Below are positions 46,877 through 56,619 of a DNA stretch of 64,000 bases, piece after piece. The position numbers were made by a program, and so were the translations under genes. This stretch comes from an uncultured Omnitrophica bacterium. GTDB taxonomy: Bacteria; Omnitrophota; Gorgyraeia; JACQQV01. The notes under the pieces were generated by a model, which saw nothing but the letters and a program-made list of their open reading frames with translations, was not told where the DNA came from and ran no database searches. Every line of letters starts with the position of its first letter. Position 1 is the stretch's first letter. The DNA is taken from the NCBI GenBank assembly GCA_947085655.1, contig CAMTXH010000009.1, positions 3,738-67,737 of the forward strand. Reading direction: 5' to 3'.

Positions 46877-46910
46877 ACAGGGGTAGAGAAATCTACCCCT
46901 GTATTTTTTT
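46877..46910 (+). terminator. Rho-independent terminator
   Basis: ACAGGGGTAGA-GAAA-TCTACCCCTGT followed by a T-run. Confidence 0.75.
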
Positions 46911-46911
46911 C

Positions 46912-46940
46912 TTGACATCTGATGCCCACATCTATAAACT
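46912..46940 (+). promoter_or_regulatory. Sigma-70-type promoter
   Basis: TTGACA-17 bp-TAAACT. Confidence 0.65.
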
Positions 46941-46946
46941 AAACCC

Positions 46947-47807
46947 ATGTCTAAAAAATTAAACACATTAATTGATATCTGGTATGATACAGCAGGACTC
47001 ATCAAAAAATATCCCCACCTCCTTTTTCCCCTCACCATTGTTGCCTTCCTAGAAGCGCTTTGGCTTGAATTTCTCTATTTCGCCCCTTATACCTTTCTCG
47101 GTACCCTTATCCTCCCTCCGATCCGGCGTTTCCTGGGGGAATTGGCCCTCCACTATCCGGTCTATCTTCTGATCCTTCCGAGAATTTTCAATCTGGGACA
47201 GATCTTCCTTTATATTCTGATTGGAGGGATTTTGACCGGGGTGACGGTGGTTCTGGCGGAGGGGGCGAATGAGGGGAAGACCCTCTCCTTGCAAGCGGCG
47301 TGGAAAAAGATAAGGGGCCGCTGGTTTGCACTGATCCTGGCCGCCCTCTTTCTAACCCTTCTCATCCGTCTGGTCGGCACCCTGCCGATTGCGGCCCTCC
47401 GGGCCGGTTTTGCCTTCGCCGGGAGAGGGTGGTTACGGCAGGCGCTCGAATTCCTTACAGGGGCCCTTCCTTATATTCATTTCCTCCTTGGAGTTCTGGC
47501 ACAGACTTTTATCCTCTTTCTTATTCCCCTTATCGTTCTTGACAACCGGAAGTTTTTCCCGGCGATCGGAAAGGGACTCGTTCTCAGCGGGCAACATCTT
47601 CTCCGGGTGTACGCCCTTCTTTTACTTCCCCTCATCTGCTACAGTCCCATCTGGTATCTCAAGGGGAACGTGAATTTTTTGGTCCGGAAGACCCTCTATC
47701 CGGAGTCGATCCTCATTCTTTTGGCGATCGGAATTCTGGCGACCATTGTGCTCGACACCTATATTGCGGTCAGCGCCACACTCTTTTTCCTAAGGCATAA
47801 GAAATGA
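46947..47807 (+). CDS. Multi-pass membrane protein
   Basis: About 6 hydrophobic segments; translationally coupled to the next gene. Confidence 0.7.
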   Translation: MSKKLNTLIDIWYDTAGLIKKYPHLLFPLTIVAFLEALWLEFLYFAPYTFLGTLILPPIRRFLGELALHYPVYLLILPRIFNLGQIFLYILIGGILTGVTVVLAEGANEGKTLSLQAAWKKIRGRWFALILAALFLTLLIRLVGTLPIAALRAGFAFAGRGWLRQALEFLTGALPYIHFLLGVLAQTFILFLIPLIVLDNRKFFPAIGKGLVLSGQHLLRVYALLLLPLICYSPIWYLKGNVNFLVRKTLYPESILILLAIGILATIVLDTYIAVSATLFFLRHKK

Positions 47808-48655
47808 AAAAGACCCTTATCTTTTTCGGGGCAATCCTGATTGTTCTCTTCGGGGTTTTGAGTCTCATCAAAACTAAAAATCCCTATGCGGCGGAGAAGC
47901 GGTTCTGGAAAGCCCGGAACGCCACCCGGAAAATCCTTTCTAATCCCGAAACAACTCCCCCCGCCCTTTTCCGGGAAAACCGGGAGGAGTACGAGGCGAT
48001 TATCCGGCAGCATCCTCCCCTGGCAAAGGAATCCCTCTTGGCTATTGCAGGGCTTTTGATTCATGAGAAGGAGTATGACGAGGCCCGGGACCTCCTCGCA
48101 GAATCGAAACAAAAGTACGCTGAGGATGCCGAGTTCGGAGCCCGTGCGCAATTTTTAGCCGGCTATTCTTATGAAAAAGAGGGGAATTGGAGAGAAGCGG
48201 TACAGGCGTATGAGGCCTTAATGGAAGCCCACATCGGGAACCGGATGGCGTTTCAGATACCGCTCTATATTGCCCGGCAGGATTTGAAGAAGGATACCCA
48301 AAGGGGCGCTGAAAGTTATGAAAAGGCGATTGCTTATTACCGACGCTTGAGCCAGGGTCCGAAGGAAAATCCGACAGCGTTCAATGCGTTGAATTACCTC
48401 TATTTGGCCTACCATGAACAACAAAAATGGGAGGAGGCGTTGGGGGTGACGGAGGAAATTGTAGTGACCTATCCGAGGGCAATGAGCGATTATGCGCTGG
48501 TGATCGAGGGACTCGGCCGAAAACTCAATCAGCCGGAGAAAGCGATTGCGGTGTTTGAATCGTTCATTCAATCCCACCCGGACCACCCGATCGTTCCCCG
48601 TTTAAAAGAGCGAATCCAAAAACTTGGAGGGAAGCGCCAAAATGTTCCTTCGTAG
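47804..48655 (+). CDS. Membrane-anchored TPR protein
   Basis: N-terminal TM segment; TPR-like repeats (AQFLAGYSYEKEGNWREAVQAY). Confidence 0.8.
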   Translation: MKKTLIFFGAILIVLFGVLSLIKTKNPYAAEKRFWKARNATRKILSNPETTPPALFRENREEYEAIIRQHPPLAKESLLAIAGLLIHEKEYDEARDLLAESKQKYAEDAEFGARAQFLAGYSYEKEGNWREAVQAYEALMEAHIGNRMAFQIPLYIARQDLKKDTQRGAESYEKAIAYYRRLSQGPKENPTAFNALNYLYLAYHEQQKWEEALGVTEEIVVTYPRAMSDYALVIEGLGRKLNQPEKAIAVFESFIQSHPDHPIVPRLKERIQKLGGKRQNVPS

Positions 48656-49865
48656 ATTCCGAAAACCCCCTTCAGCCACCCCGATTCTTCAGTTTCACGC
48701 CGCCCTTGAAAAGATGAACAGAGCAGAGTCGATGGAGGCCCTTTGGGACGCGGCTTTCCAGGAAGCGATGCTTTTGACGGACGCCGAGGCGGCGTCCCTT
48801 TTTTTGTGGGATGAGGAAAAAGAAGAACTGGTCCTCAAAAGGGGATCCGGCGGCTCCCTCCCCCCTTTACCGGAAATCCGGCGGCGGATGAACGAGGGGA
48901 TTTTCACCCCTTCCTTGATGGTGATTCCGATTCTTCTTAAAGGGGAACTCAAAGGGCTTTTGAGTCTGACCGACAAAAAATCAGGAAAGCCCTTTACCCG
49001 GAGAGACCTGGAATGGACGGCCCTCCTCGGTCACTGTCTGGCATTGACCATGGAAAAAAATAGTCTCGCCGCGGAACTCAAAGGACACCGGGATGCGCTG
49101 GAGGAGAGCCGGAAAGGCGCAACACACCTTGAGGAGAAGAAACGGAAACTCGAATCGGAACTCAAAGTGTCCCAGAAGATGGCCTCCATCGGGAAACTGG
49201 CGGCCGGCATTGCCCATGAATTGAACAATCCCCTGGACGGAACCCTCCGTTATCTTCATCTTTCTCTGAGTCATTTGAGAGAGGGGGACACGGTTCGGGA
49301 GTATCTCCTGGAGGTCAAGCAGGGGCTGGACCGGATGGTGAATATCGTGAAGAACCTCCTTGCCTTTTCCCGGCGTCAGAGCATTCGGGAAAAGCGAGTT
49401 GACCTCCATGAGGCATTGAACAATGTCCTTTCAAATCTCATCGACACCTTTTTGCCATTCCGGGTCGATGTCATCAAAGCCTACCATCCCAACCTCCCTC
49501 TTCTGGTCGACAAAGGGGTCGATCAGATTTTTACAAATATCATCAAAAACGCCCTGGAAGCGATGCCGAACGGCGGTATTCTGAGGATTGCCACGATGAT
49601 GAACGAAGATGGAATTACCGTCCGGATTTCGGATACGGGAAGCGGCATTCCGAAAGAACAGAAGCGGTTTATCTTCGAACCTTTCTTCACCACAAAAGAG
49701 ATTGACAAGGGGTGCGGTTTGGGGCTGTCGATTTGTTACGAACTGATGCAGGCCTACGAAGGGCGGATTGAATTCGAAAGCGAGGAAAAGCGGGGAACGA
49801 CGTTCCTTCTCCATTTCCCGTTGAAGGTTGTTGCAAGGGAGTCCCAACTGGCCTATGCGCGGTAA
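48642..49865 (+). CDS. GAF-domain sensor histidine kinase (NtrB/PrsK-like, no TM segments)
   Basis: GKLAAGIAHELNNPL H-box, NIIKNA, DTGSGI, FEPFFTTK, GCGLGLS. Confidence 0.92.
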   Translation: MFLRRFRKPPSATPILQFHAALEKMNRAESMEALWDAAFQEAMLLTDAEAASLFLWDEEKEELVLKRGSGGSLPPLPEIRRRMNEGIFTPSLMVIPILLKGELKGLLSLTDKKSGKPFTRRDLEWTALLGHCLALTMEKNSLAAELKGHRDALEESRKGATHLEEKKRKLESELKVSQKMASIGKLAAGIAHELNNPLDGTLRYLHLSLSHLREGDTVREYLLEVKQGLDRMVNIVKNLLAFSRRQSIREKRVDLHEALNNVLSNLIDTFLPFRVDVIKAYHPNLPLLVDKGVDQIFTNIIKNALEAMPNGGILRIATMMNEDGITVRISDTGSGIPKEQKRFIFEPFFTTKEIDKGCGLGLSICYELMQAYEGRIEFESEEKRGTTFLLHFPLKVVARESQLAYAR

Positions 49866-51252
49866 CGGTCGGATTCTGATTGCCGATGATGAGCCGTTGA
49901 TCCGGAAATCGCTGTACGAGTCCCTCCGGATGGAGGGGTACGAGGCCGAGATGGCCTCGGACGGGGAAGAGGCGCTTCAGAAAATGGCGCGGATTCCCAT
50001 CGACCTGGTGATTGCCGACATCAAAATGCCGAAACTGTCCGGGATCGATCTTCTGAAGGAAATCAAGGCAAAATATCCGGACATTCCCGTTCTTTTGATT
50101 ACGGGGTACGGGACCATCGATCAGGCGGTGGAGGCGATGCGGCTCGGCGCGGCCGATTACATCACCAAGCCGGTCACAGACGGCGAAATTCAAATCGTCA
50201 TCAAAAAACTTTTCGAACAGAAAAGTCTCATGGATGAAAATATCGCCCTCCGCCACGAGCTTGCCCAGACGGTGCGGGACCGGTTCCACGGCCTCATCGG
50301 AAAAGACGAAAAGATGCAGAAGGTCTACCGGCTGATTGAGAACATCTCCCAGACCAAGGCAACGGTTCTCATCCGGGGGGAAAGCGGCACCGGCAAGCGG
50401 CTGATCTCCCTTGCCATTCATGCCAATGACCCGGTTCGGAGGGAGAAGCCCTTTGTGGAGGTAAGTTGTGCCGCACTCCCCGAAACCCTGCTGGAAAGCG
50501 AACTGTTCGGGCATGTGAAAGGGGCTTTCACCGGGGCGATCCGGGACCGGGTGGGACGGTTTGAACTGGCGCAAGGAGGAACGATCCTCTTGGATGAAAT
50601 TGACGCCTTCTCACCGGCGCTTCAGGTGAAACTTTTGCGGGTGCTCCAGGAGGGATCCTTTGAGCGGGTCGGGGATACGAAGACCTTGCAGGTGGATGTG
50701 CGGGTGATTGCGGCAACCAATCAGGACCTCCATGAACTGATTCTGGAGGGGAGCTTCCGCGAGGATCTTTACTACCGCTTGAATGTCATTGCGATTGACC
50801 TTCCGCCCTTGCGGGAGCGGAAGGGGGACATCTCTCTTCTCGTGGACCATTTTCTTGACAAATTTTCCAAGAAAAGCAAGAAACACTTTACCGGCGTTTC
50901 GGAGAGATTTCTGAACATCCTTGAAGCGTATCACTGGCCGGGAAATGTTCGGGAACTGGAGAACGTCATTGAACGGGCCACCATTGTGGCGCAGGGAAAT
51001 GTTCTGATGGAACAGGACCTGCCGGTTCTCTTCCATCGGACACCCGCGCCCCTCCAGAATAATGCTTCCAGACCTTTGAAAGAGATGCTGGGGGAGCCGG
51101 AGAAGGACCTCATCCTGCAGACGCTTCGCGGGTGTCATTGGAACCGGAAGCGCGCGGCGGAACGGCTCGGCGTGAACCGAACCACGCTATACAACAAAAT
51201 GAAGAAATATCATCTCTTCGGAGAAAAGGGCGAACCGGTAACGCACATCTAA
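49855..51252 (+). CDS. Sigma-54-dependent response regulator (NtrC/PrsR-like)
   Basis: Receiver domain, [36 protein letters not shown], Fis-type HTH. Confidence 0.95.
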   Translation: MRGNGRILIADDEPLIRKSLYESLRMEGYEAEMASDGEEALQKMARIPIDLVIADIKMPKLSGIDLLKEIKAKYPDIPVLLITGYGTIDQAVEAMRLGAADYITKPVTDGEIQIVIKKLFEQKSLMDENIALRHELAQTVRDRFHGLIGKDEKMQKVYRLIENISQTKATVLIRGESGTGKRLISLAIHANDPVRREKPFVEVSCAALPETLLESELFGHVKGAFTGAIRDRVGRFELAQGGTILLDEIDAFSPALQVKLLRVLQEGSFERVGDTKTLQVDVRVIAATNQDLHELILEGSFREDLYYRLNVIAIDLPPLRERKGDISLLVDHFLDKFSKKSKKHFTGVSERFLNILEAYHWPGNVRELENVIERATIVAQGNVLMEQDLPVLFHRTPAPLQNNASRPLKEMLGEPEKDLILQTLRGCHWNRKRAAERLGVNRTTLYNKMKKYHLFGEKGEPVTHI

Positions 51253-51278
51253 CGTTTGACGAATGGATGGGGGTTGGA

Positions 51279-52238
51279 ATGGCCGAGCGCGAGTTTGAAG
51301 CGGAGAGCGACAAATTGAGCAATTATATTGATCTCGAACAATGGGCCTTTATCCTGAACCGGTTTTCCGAGGTTTTGGGAGTGGATATCTACACGGTTGA
51401 CCTGAAGGGAAAAATCATGACCCGGCCCCAGCATGCGCCGAAGGGTTCGAAATTGATTGAGACCCCTTTCCAGCTGGTCCAGCGTCTCCTTCGGAAAAGC
51501 GCCGCCGCCAATACGCTTCAAGAAGAAACAGGATCTCTAGGCATTACCCATAGCTTGATTCCGATTCTGGGAGAGGGAACAGAGCCGCTCGCTTACCTGG
51601 TGGTGGGGCCGCTTGTGTTAGGGTCCAGGGCCCCCCGGGCGGAATTAGAGCGCTTTGCCAGGAAAGAGGGATGGGATCTTCTTGAATTGGAAGGGGCTTA
51701 TCAGCAACTGAAACTCTTTTCCTTTGTAGGGATGAAATCGATGCTGGACCTTTTGTCGGAAGTGTGCAACTATCTTGTTCAGCCGTCCCCCTTAAAAGAG
51801 AAGGTCGAAGAGGCGTTTTCGCAACTGGACAACTTCTTTGCCACGCTTCTGGATCTTGCCCTTCGGACCACCAAGGCCGATTCCGGATCCGTCATGATTC
51901 TTGATCCCCAATCCAAGACGCTTCGGATCCGTGCCGCTCACGGTTTGGATAAAGAAGTGGTTCGAAAGACGGAGATCAAGCTCGGGGAAGGGATTGCCGG
52001 TTGGGTGGCCAAAAAGAACCGGTCTCTGCTTCTGGGGCCCGACACAACAGTGGAGCCGGATCTCCAGCAATGTCTGAAACGGCCGAATATAGACTCTTCC
52101 ATTATCATGCCTCTCTCCCGGCAGGATCAGGTGCTGGGAGTTTTAAATATCAATAGCTATAGCGAAGACAACCGTCTCAGGGCCCAAAGTCTTGATCTTT
52201 TGACCCAATTGGCAAAATTGACGATGGTCATGGTTTGA
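51279..52238 (+). CDS. PocR-like plus GAF sensor protein with no output domain
   Basis: IDLEQW...FSEVLG...LIPI...YLVVGP (PocR-like); GSVMILD...GEGIAGWVA...PL...GVLNI (GAF). Confidence 0.7.
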   Translation: MAEREFEAESDKLSNYIDLEQWAFILNRFSEVLGVDIYTVDLKGKIMTRPQHAPKGSKLIETPFQLVQRLLRKSAAANTLQEETGSLGITHSLIPILGEGTEPLAYLVVGPLVLGSRAPRAELERFARKEGWDLLELEGAYQQLKLFSFVGMKSMLDLLSEVCNYLVQPSPLKEKVEEAFSQLDNFFATLLDLALRTTKADSGSVMILDPQSKTLRIRAAHGLDKEVVRKTEIKLGEGIAGWVAKKNRSLLLGPDTTVEPDLQQCLKRPNIDSSIIMPLSRQDQVLGVLNINSYSEDNRLRAQSLDLLTQLAKLTMVMV

Positions 52239-52783
52239 AAATCATCACGGTTTTCGGAAGTTACAGACCGAAACCCGGAACACGGGATTACCGGCTCGCG
52301 CAGGAAGTAGGACAACGATTGGCGCGTGCCGGTTTTGTTTTGTGTAACGGCGGTTTTTCCGGGACGATGGAGGCCTCTGCCAAAGGAGCGCGCGAGGCGG
52401 GAGGGCGGACGATTGGCATCCTCTTCAAAAAGCCGGGACTTTCCGCCAATCCCTACATTCAGCGGGTTGAAAAGAAGAAAACGCTCCTCGGACGTCTTGA
52501 GCGGCTCATTAAGATCGCGGACGGCTACCTGGTCTTAAAAGGGGGGACCGGGACCCTTTTGGAGATCAGTCTCGTTCTTGAATACACCCACAAACAGTTC
52601 CTTCCCCCTAAGCCGATGGTCTTTCTCGGCACTGACTGGAAACGGGTTATTGAAACGGTCCGGAGGGAATCGGGCCCTGACCCCCGTTTTCGTTTTACCG
52701 CTCCGGCGGTCCGGATGCGGCGGCTGATCCGGTTTGCAAGGACTCCCAAGGAAGCGGTGCGTTTCCTCAAAAATATGGTATAA
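52235..52783 (+). CDS. LOG-family (nucleotide phosphoribohydrolase-like) protein
   Basis: ITVFGS, NGG..GTMEA..KGA, GGTGTLLE; TTG start. Confidence 0.85.
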   Translation: MKIITVFGSYRPKPGTRDYRLAQEVGQRLARAGFVLCNGGFSGTMEASAKGAREAGGRTIGILFKKPGLSANPYIQRVEKKKTLLGRLERLIKIADGYLVLKGGTGTLLEISLVLEYTHKQFLPPKPMVFLGTDWKRVIETVRRESGPDPRFRFTAPAVRMRRLIRFARTPKEAVRFLKNMV

Positions 52784-52792
52784 TAATCCCCA

Positions 52793-53173
52793 ATGGGAAA
52801 GAAAATCTTTATCGCAGATGACGATACGAACTTTGTCAAGCTCATCACCGTCCTTTTGAAATCGAGGGGCTTTGAGGTGGTGAGCGCCTCGGACGGGGAA
52901 GAGAGTCTCCGCCGGATTCCGGAGGAGAAACCGTCCCTGGCCATCGTCGACTTGAGACTTCCGAAAGTGGACGGATGGCACCTTTGCCAGCGGCTCAAGT
53001 CCAATCAGGAGACGAAACATATCCCCCTCATCGTCTTAAGCGGACTGGTGGACCGGGAGGGGGAAAAAGATAGGATGGACCAGGGGGATTTCTATTTCTC
53101 CAAACCCTTTGAAGCGGAGGAGCTGGTCAACAAGATCCGGGAACTGTTGGGGGAGAAAAAGCCGGATGCGTAG
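52793..53173 (+). CDS. Single-domain response regulator
   Basis: IADDD, VDLRLPKVDG, LSG, KPF. Confidence 0.9.
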   Translation: MGKKIFIADDDTNFVKLITVLLKSRGFEVVSASDGEESLRRIPEEKPSLAIVDLRLPKVDGWHLCQRLKSNQETKHIPLIVLSGLVDREGEKDRMDQGDFYFSKPFEAEELVNKIRELLGEKKPDA

Positions 53174-53281
53174 ACGCTTTTATCTCCAAACGTATGGTTG
53201 CTCCCTCGACTCGCTCTGCGGCCTTCGGCCTCGAGCTCGCTCGGGATCAACCAAAAGCTGCGAAGTAAGGAGTAATTTTTG

Positions 53282-54598
53282 ATGAATAAGAAATTTTATC
53301 TTCGCACTTTTGGTTGTCAAATGAATGATTTCGATTCCGAAATTATCGAAGGGATGCTCCGGGAACGCGGGTACGCCCCGACCGAAAAAATGACTTCTGC
53401 GGACATCGTTTTTTTTAACACCTGTTCGGTCCGGCAGCATGCAGAGGATCGTGTATTTGGAAAGGTTGGGGACCTCAAACGGATGAAGCGGGAGCGGCCC
53501 GACCTTATTATTGGAATTGTGGGATGCATGGCCCAAAATTACAGGGAGGCGATCTTTGACAAACTCCCGCACATCGACTTCATCTCCGGACCCCGGAATA
53601 TCTATGACATCCCGGAACTGATCGAACGGGTGCAGGGGGAAGGGAGCCGCCTGGCCGCCGTGGACAAAGAGGAACGGCCGCAACTGATGTACCGCCCTGT
53701 GGCAAGGGAAGGGAAGATCAAGGCGTGGGTCACCGTGATGGAAGGATGTCACCACAACTGCACCTTTTGCATTGTCCCGACAGTACGGGGGAGTGCTCAG
53801 AGCCGCCCCATGGAGATGATTCTTGAAGAGGTGAAGTCATTGGAGGCACAGGGTTGCAAAGAGATTATCTTGATCGGCCAGATTGTGGATGCCTATGGGC
53901 GCGATCTTGACCCTCCCACCGATCTCGCTACCCTCCTTGAAAAGGTGCATGAGGTTTCCGGGAGAATCGAGCGGATCCGCTTCACGACCAGCCACCCGGT
54001 CTATGCCAATGAAAGACTGTATGACACCATGAAGCGCTTCCCGAAACTCTGCGAGCACCTTCATCTTCCGGTCCAGTCCGGTTCAGACCGGATTCTTTCA
54101 CACATGCGCCGGGGCTACACGGTAGCGAACTATCTCTCCCGGATCAGGGCATTCCGGGACCGTTTTCCGGCGGGAGCTGTCACGACCGACATTATTGTCG
54201 GTTATCCGGGGGAGACGGAGGAGGATTTTGAAAAGACCTTCCGGCTTATGGAAGAGACCGCCTTTGACGACGCCTATGTTTTTAAATTCTCACCCCGACC
54301 CGGCACCGATGCAGCCGGATATCCGGATGATGTTCCAAAAGAACGGAAGGAAGCCCGAAATCTCGCTCTTCTCCGGCTTCAGGAGGGAATCAGTCGCGAA
54401 AAATGCCGGCGCTTGATCGGCTCCACGGTTGAGGTTCTCGTGGAAGGGACCAGCAAGAAGAACCGCTCTGAATATAAAGGAAGGACCCGGACCGGACGGG
54501 AAGCGGTCTTCCGCGCTCCGGAGGCGGAGCCGGGTGATCTGCTTTCGGTCCGGATCCGCGATTTCTTCGGAAAAACCCTCCTCGGCTCCTCCGAATGA
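53282..54598 (+). CDS. miaB: tRNA-2-methylthio-N6-isopentenyladenosine synthase MiaB
   Basis: TFGCQMN, NTCSVR, GCMAQ, radical-SAM CHHNCTFC, RFTTSHP, TRAM domain. Confidence 0.95.
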   Translation: MNKKFYLRTFGCQMNDFDSEIIEGMLRERGYAPTEKMTSADIVFFNTCSVRQHAEDRVFGKVGDLKRMKRERPDLIIGIVGCMAQNYREAIFDKLPHIDFISGPRNIYDIPELIERVQGEGSRLAAVDKEERPQLMYRPVAREGKIKAWVTVMEGCHHNCTFCIVPTVRGSAQSRPMEMILEEVKSLEAQGCKEIILIGQIVDAYGRDLDPPTDLATLLEKVHEVSGRIERIRFTTSHPVYANERLYDTMKRFPKLCEHLHLPVQSGSDRILSHMRRGYTVANYLSRIRAFRDRFPAGAVTTDIIVGYPGETEEDFEKTFRLMEETAFDDAYVFKFSPRPGTDAAGYPDDVPKERKEARNLALLRLQEGISREKCRRLIGSTVEVLVEGTSKKNRSEYKGRTRTGREAVFRAPEAEPGDLLSVRIRDFFGKTLLGSSE

Positions 54599-55713
54599 TT
54601 CCCCTCTACTTTGCCGCTTTTTTTCAAAACACCGGCATGACGGTGGTTCTGGTGGGGGTGATTTTCTATGTCACTCACCGCTTCCATGCGAGCTACTTTG
54701 AGCTCGGGGCTCTGGCCGGGATCGGGGCGTTTGTCTTTTTTGCCGGAGCCGCCTTAAGCCGGTACTGGAGCCGGCGGTTTTCACCGAAAAGATTGACCCT
54801 GATCGGTACGGCCCTTTTTATCCTGGTCGCCTTCAGTTATCCCTTCCTTCCGAATCTTTTTTCCTTTTTTTGGGTCTATCCGCTCGGAAGTGTGGGGCTT
54901 TCCCTTTTTTGGCCTTCTCTGGAAAACTGGATTTCGCTCGGGAGCACCCCGTTCGATTTAAAACGACACGTGGGAAACTTTAATCTCTCCTGGAGTCCCG
55001 GGCAGATTCTGGCTCCTTTTCTGGCGGGGGTCCTTTTTGAATGGAATCCCTTTTTTCCCTTCTGGTTCGGGGTCCTTTTTTTCATCCCGGTTTTTTTCTT
55101 TTTGAGTGTTTCCGCCGTTTCATTGCCTCAAGACAGGAAAGAGGCAACGACCTCTCCCTCGAGAGTGCCGCCGAGCTCTTTTTTGATTGTCTGCTGGCTC
55201 TCCAATTTCACTGGATGGTTTATCTCCGCCATCTTCAGAAGTTTTTTTCCAAAATATGGGAGTACGCTCGGCCTGACCCCCACTCATATCGGCAGTCTCC
55301 TTTTGATGATCGGGGTAGGGCAGGTTCTTTTTTTCTATCTCCTCAGCCGTCTCGAGGGATGGGAGGAGTCAAGCCGGTTTCTTTTCTTCTGGGAGGGGGT
55401 GGCAATCCTTTCGCTCTTGTCGATTGCGTGGATTCGTCTCCCTCTTTTGTGGGTTTTCTCTTTTTTCCTCTTCGGCTGCTTTTCAGGAGTGGCTTATGCG
55501 GCGAGTCTTTTGGTCAGTCTAAAGGAAAGAGGGCTCCAAGGCGGGGGGACGAGTTCTCATGAAGCGCTGGTCGGACTCGGGATCTGTCTCGGGCCGATCC
55601 TCGGAGGAATTTCCGGGGAGTTTTTCGGCATCCAGGCCCCCTATGTCACCGGAGCGGCTATTTTGACGCTGGTGACGTACTTCCAGGGACGACTGCTTCG
55701 ACGGGTCGTATGA
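54595..55713 (+). CDS. MFS transporter
   Basis: About 12 TM segments; GQILAPFLAG and LGPILGG motifs. Confidence 0.8.
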   Translation: MIPLYFAAFFQNTGMTVVLVGVIFYVTHRFHASYFELGALAGIGAFVFFAGAALSRYWSRRFSPKRLTLIGTALFILVAFSYPFLPNLFSFFWVYPLGSVGLSLFWPSLENWISLGSTPFDLKRHVGNFNLSWSPGQILAPFLAGVLFEWNPFFPFWFGVLFFIPVFFFLSVSAVSLPQDRKEATTSPSRVPPSSFLIVCWLSNFTGWFISAIFRSFFPKYGSTLGLTPTHIGSLLLMIGVGQVLFFYLLSRLEGWEESSRFLFFWEGVAILSLLSIAWIRLPLLWVFSFFLFGCFSGVAYAASLLVSLKERGLQGGGTSSHEALVGLGICLGPILGGISGEFFGIQAPYVTGAAILTLVTYFQGRLLRRVV

Positions 55714-55716
55714 AAG

Positions 55717-56619
55717 ATGAGATCTTCGGGAAAACCGGCCCTTTGGGTTATCCTCGGCCCGACTTCAAGCGGGAAGAGCGCATTTGCCATCCGGCTTGCC
55801 AGGCGGATTGGGGGAGAGATTATCTCTTTTGACGCGATGCAGGTGTATCAAGGCCTTCCCCGTTTGACCCACCAGCCGACCTGCAAGGCCCGAGAGGGCA
55901 TCCCTCACCACCTGATGGGGTTCCTTCCGGCCAGCCGCTCCTTTACCGCTGCCCAGTTTTCGAAGGAGGCAAAATCGGTCATTCAGACAATTTTGCAAAG
56001 GAAAAAAATACCGATTCTGGTCGGGGGGAGCGGATTCTATCTGAAAGCGCTTCTGGAGGGGTATCATGCGCCGGTCAAGGGGAACCTTTCCCTGCGCAAC
56101 AAATACCGGTCACTCCTTTCGCAGAAGGGAAGCGGCCATCTTTACGAGAGATTACGGATGATTGATCCGCAAAGGGCGAAAGCGATTCATCCGAATGATG
56201 CCTACCGGATCATCCGGGCTTTGGAGATTTTTGAACTGACCGGCATCAAACCCTCCGCCTTTAGCGGGGGAGGGGGTCTTTCACAGGCATTTCGCGTCAA
56301 GAAAATCGGGCTTCGGTTGCCGCGGGAACGCCTGATTGAGAAAATCAATCGTCGGGTTGAATCGATGATCCGGCAGGGGGCGATCGCAGAAGTCCGGCGG
56401 ATTCAGGGAAGAAGAATCAGTCCAACTGCAAGGAGAATCATCGGACTTGGGGAACTTTCCAATTATGTGAAGGGGAAACGGACCCTTGAAGAGGCCCTTC
56501 TTGAAGTAAAGAAAGCGACGCGCCGGTATGCGAAACGGCAGGAGACATGGTTTCGGAAGGAGAAAAAAGTTCGCTGGCTAGGACCGGATGCCGCCCGCCG
56601 ATTCTTCCGGTTAACATAA
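55717..56619 (+). CDS. miaA: tRNA dimethylallyltransferase MiaA
   Basis: GPTSSGKS, DAMQVY, PHHL, VGGSGFY, IHPND..RIIRALE, TRRYAKRQ.TWF. Confidence 0.95.
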   Translation: MRSSGKPALWVILGPTSSGKSAFAIRLARRIGGEIISFDAMQVYQGLPRLTHQPTCKAREGIPHHLMGFLPASRSFTAAQFSKEAKSVIQTILQRKKIPILVGGSGFYLKALLEGYHAPVKGNLSLRNKYRSLLSQKGSGHLYERLRMIDPQRAKAIHPNDAYRIIRALEIFELTGIKPSAFSGGGGLSQAFRVKKIGLRLPRERLIEKINRRVESMIRQGAIAEVRRIQGRRISPTARRIIGLGELSNYVKGKRTLEEALLEVKKATRRYAKRQETWFRKEKKVRWLGPDAARRFFRLT

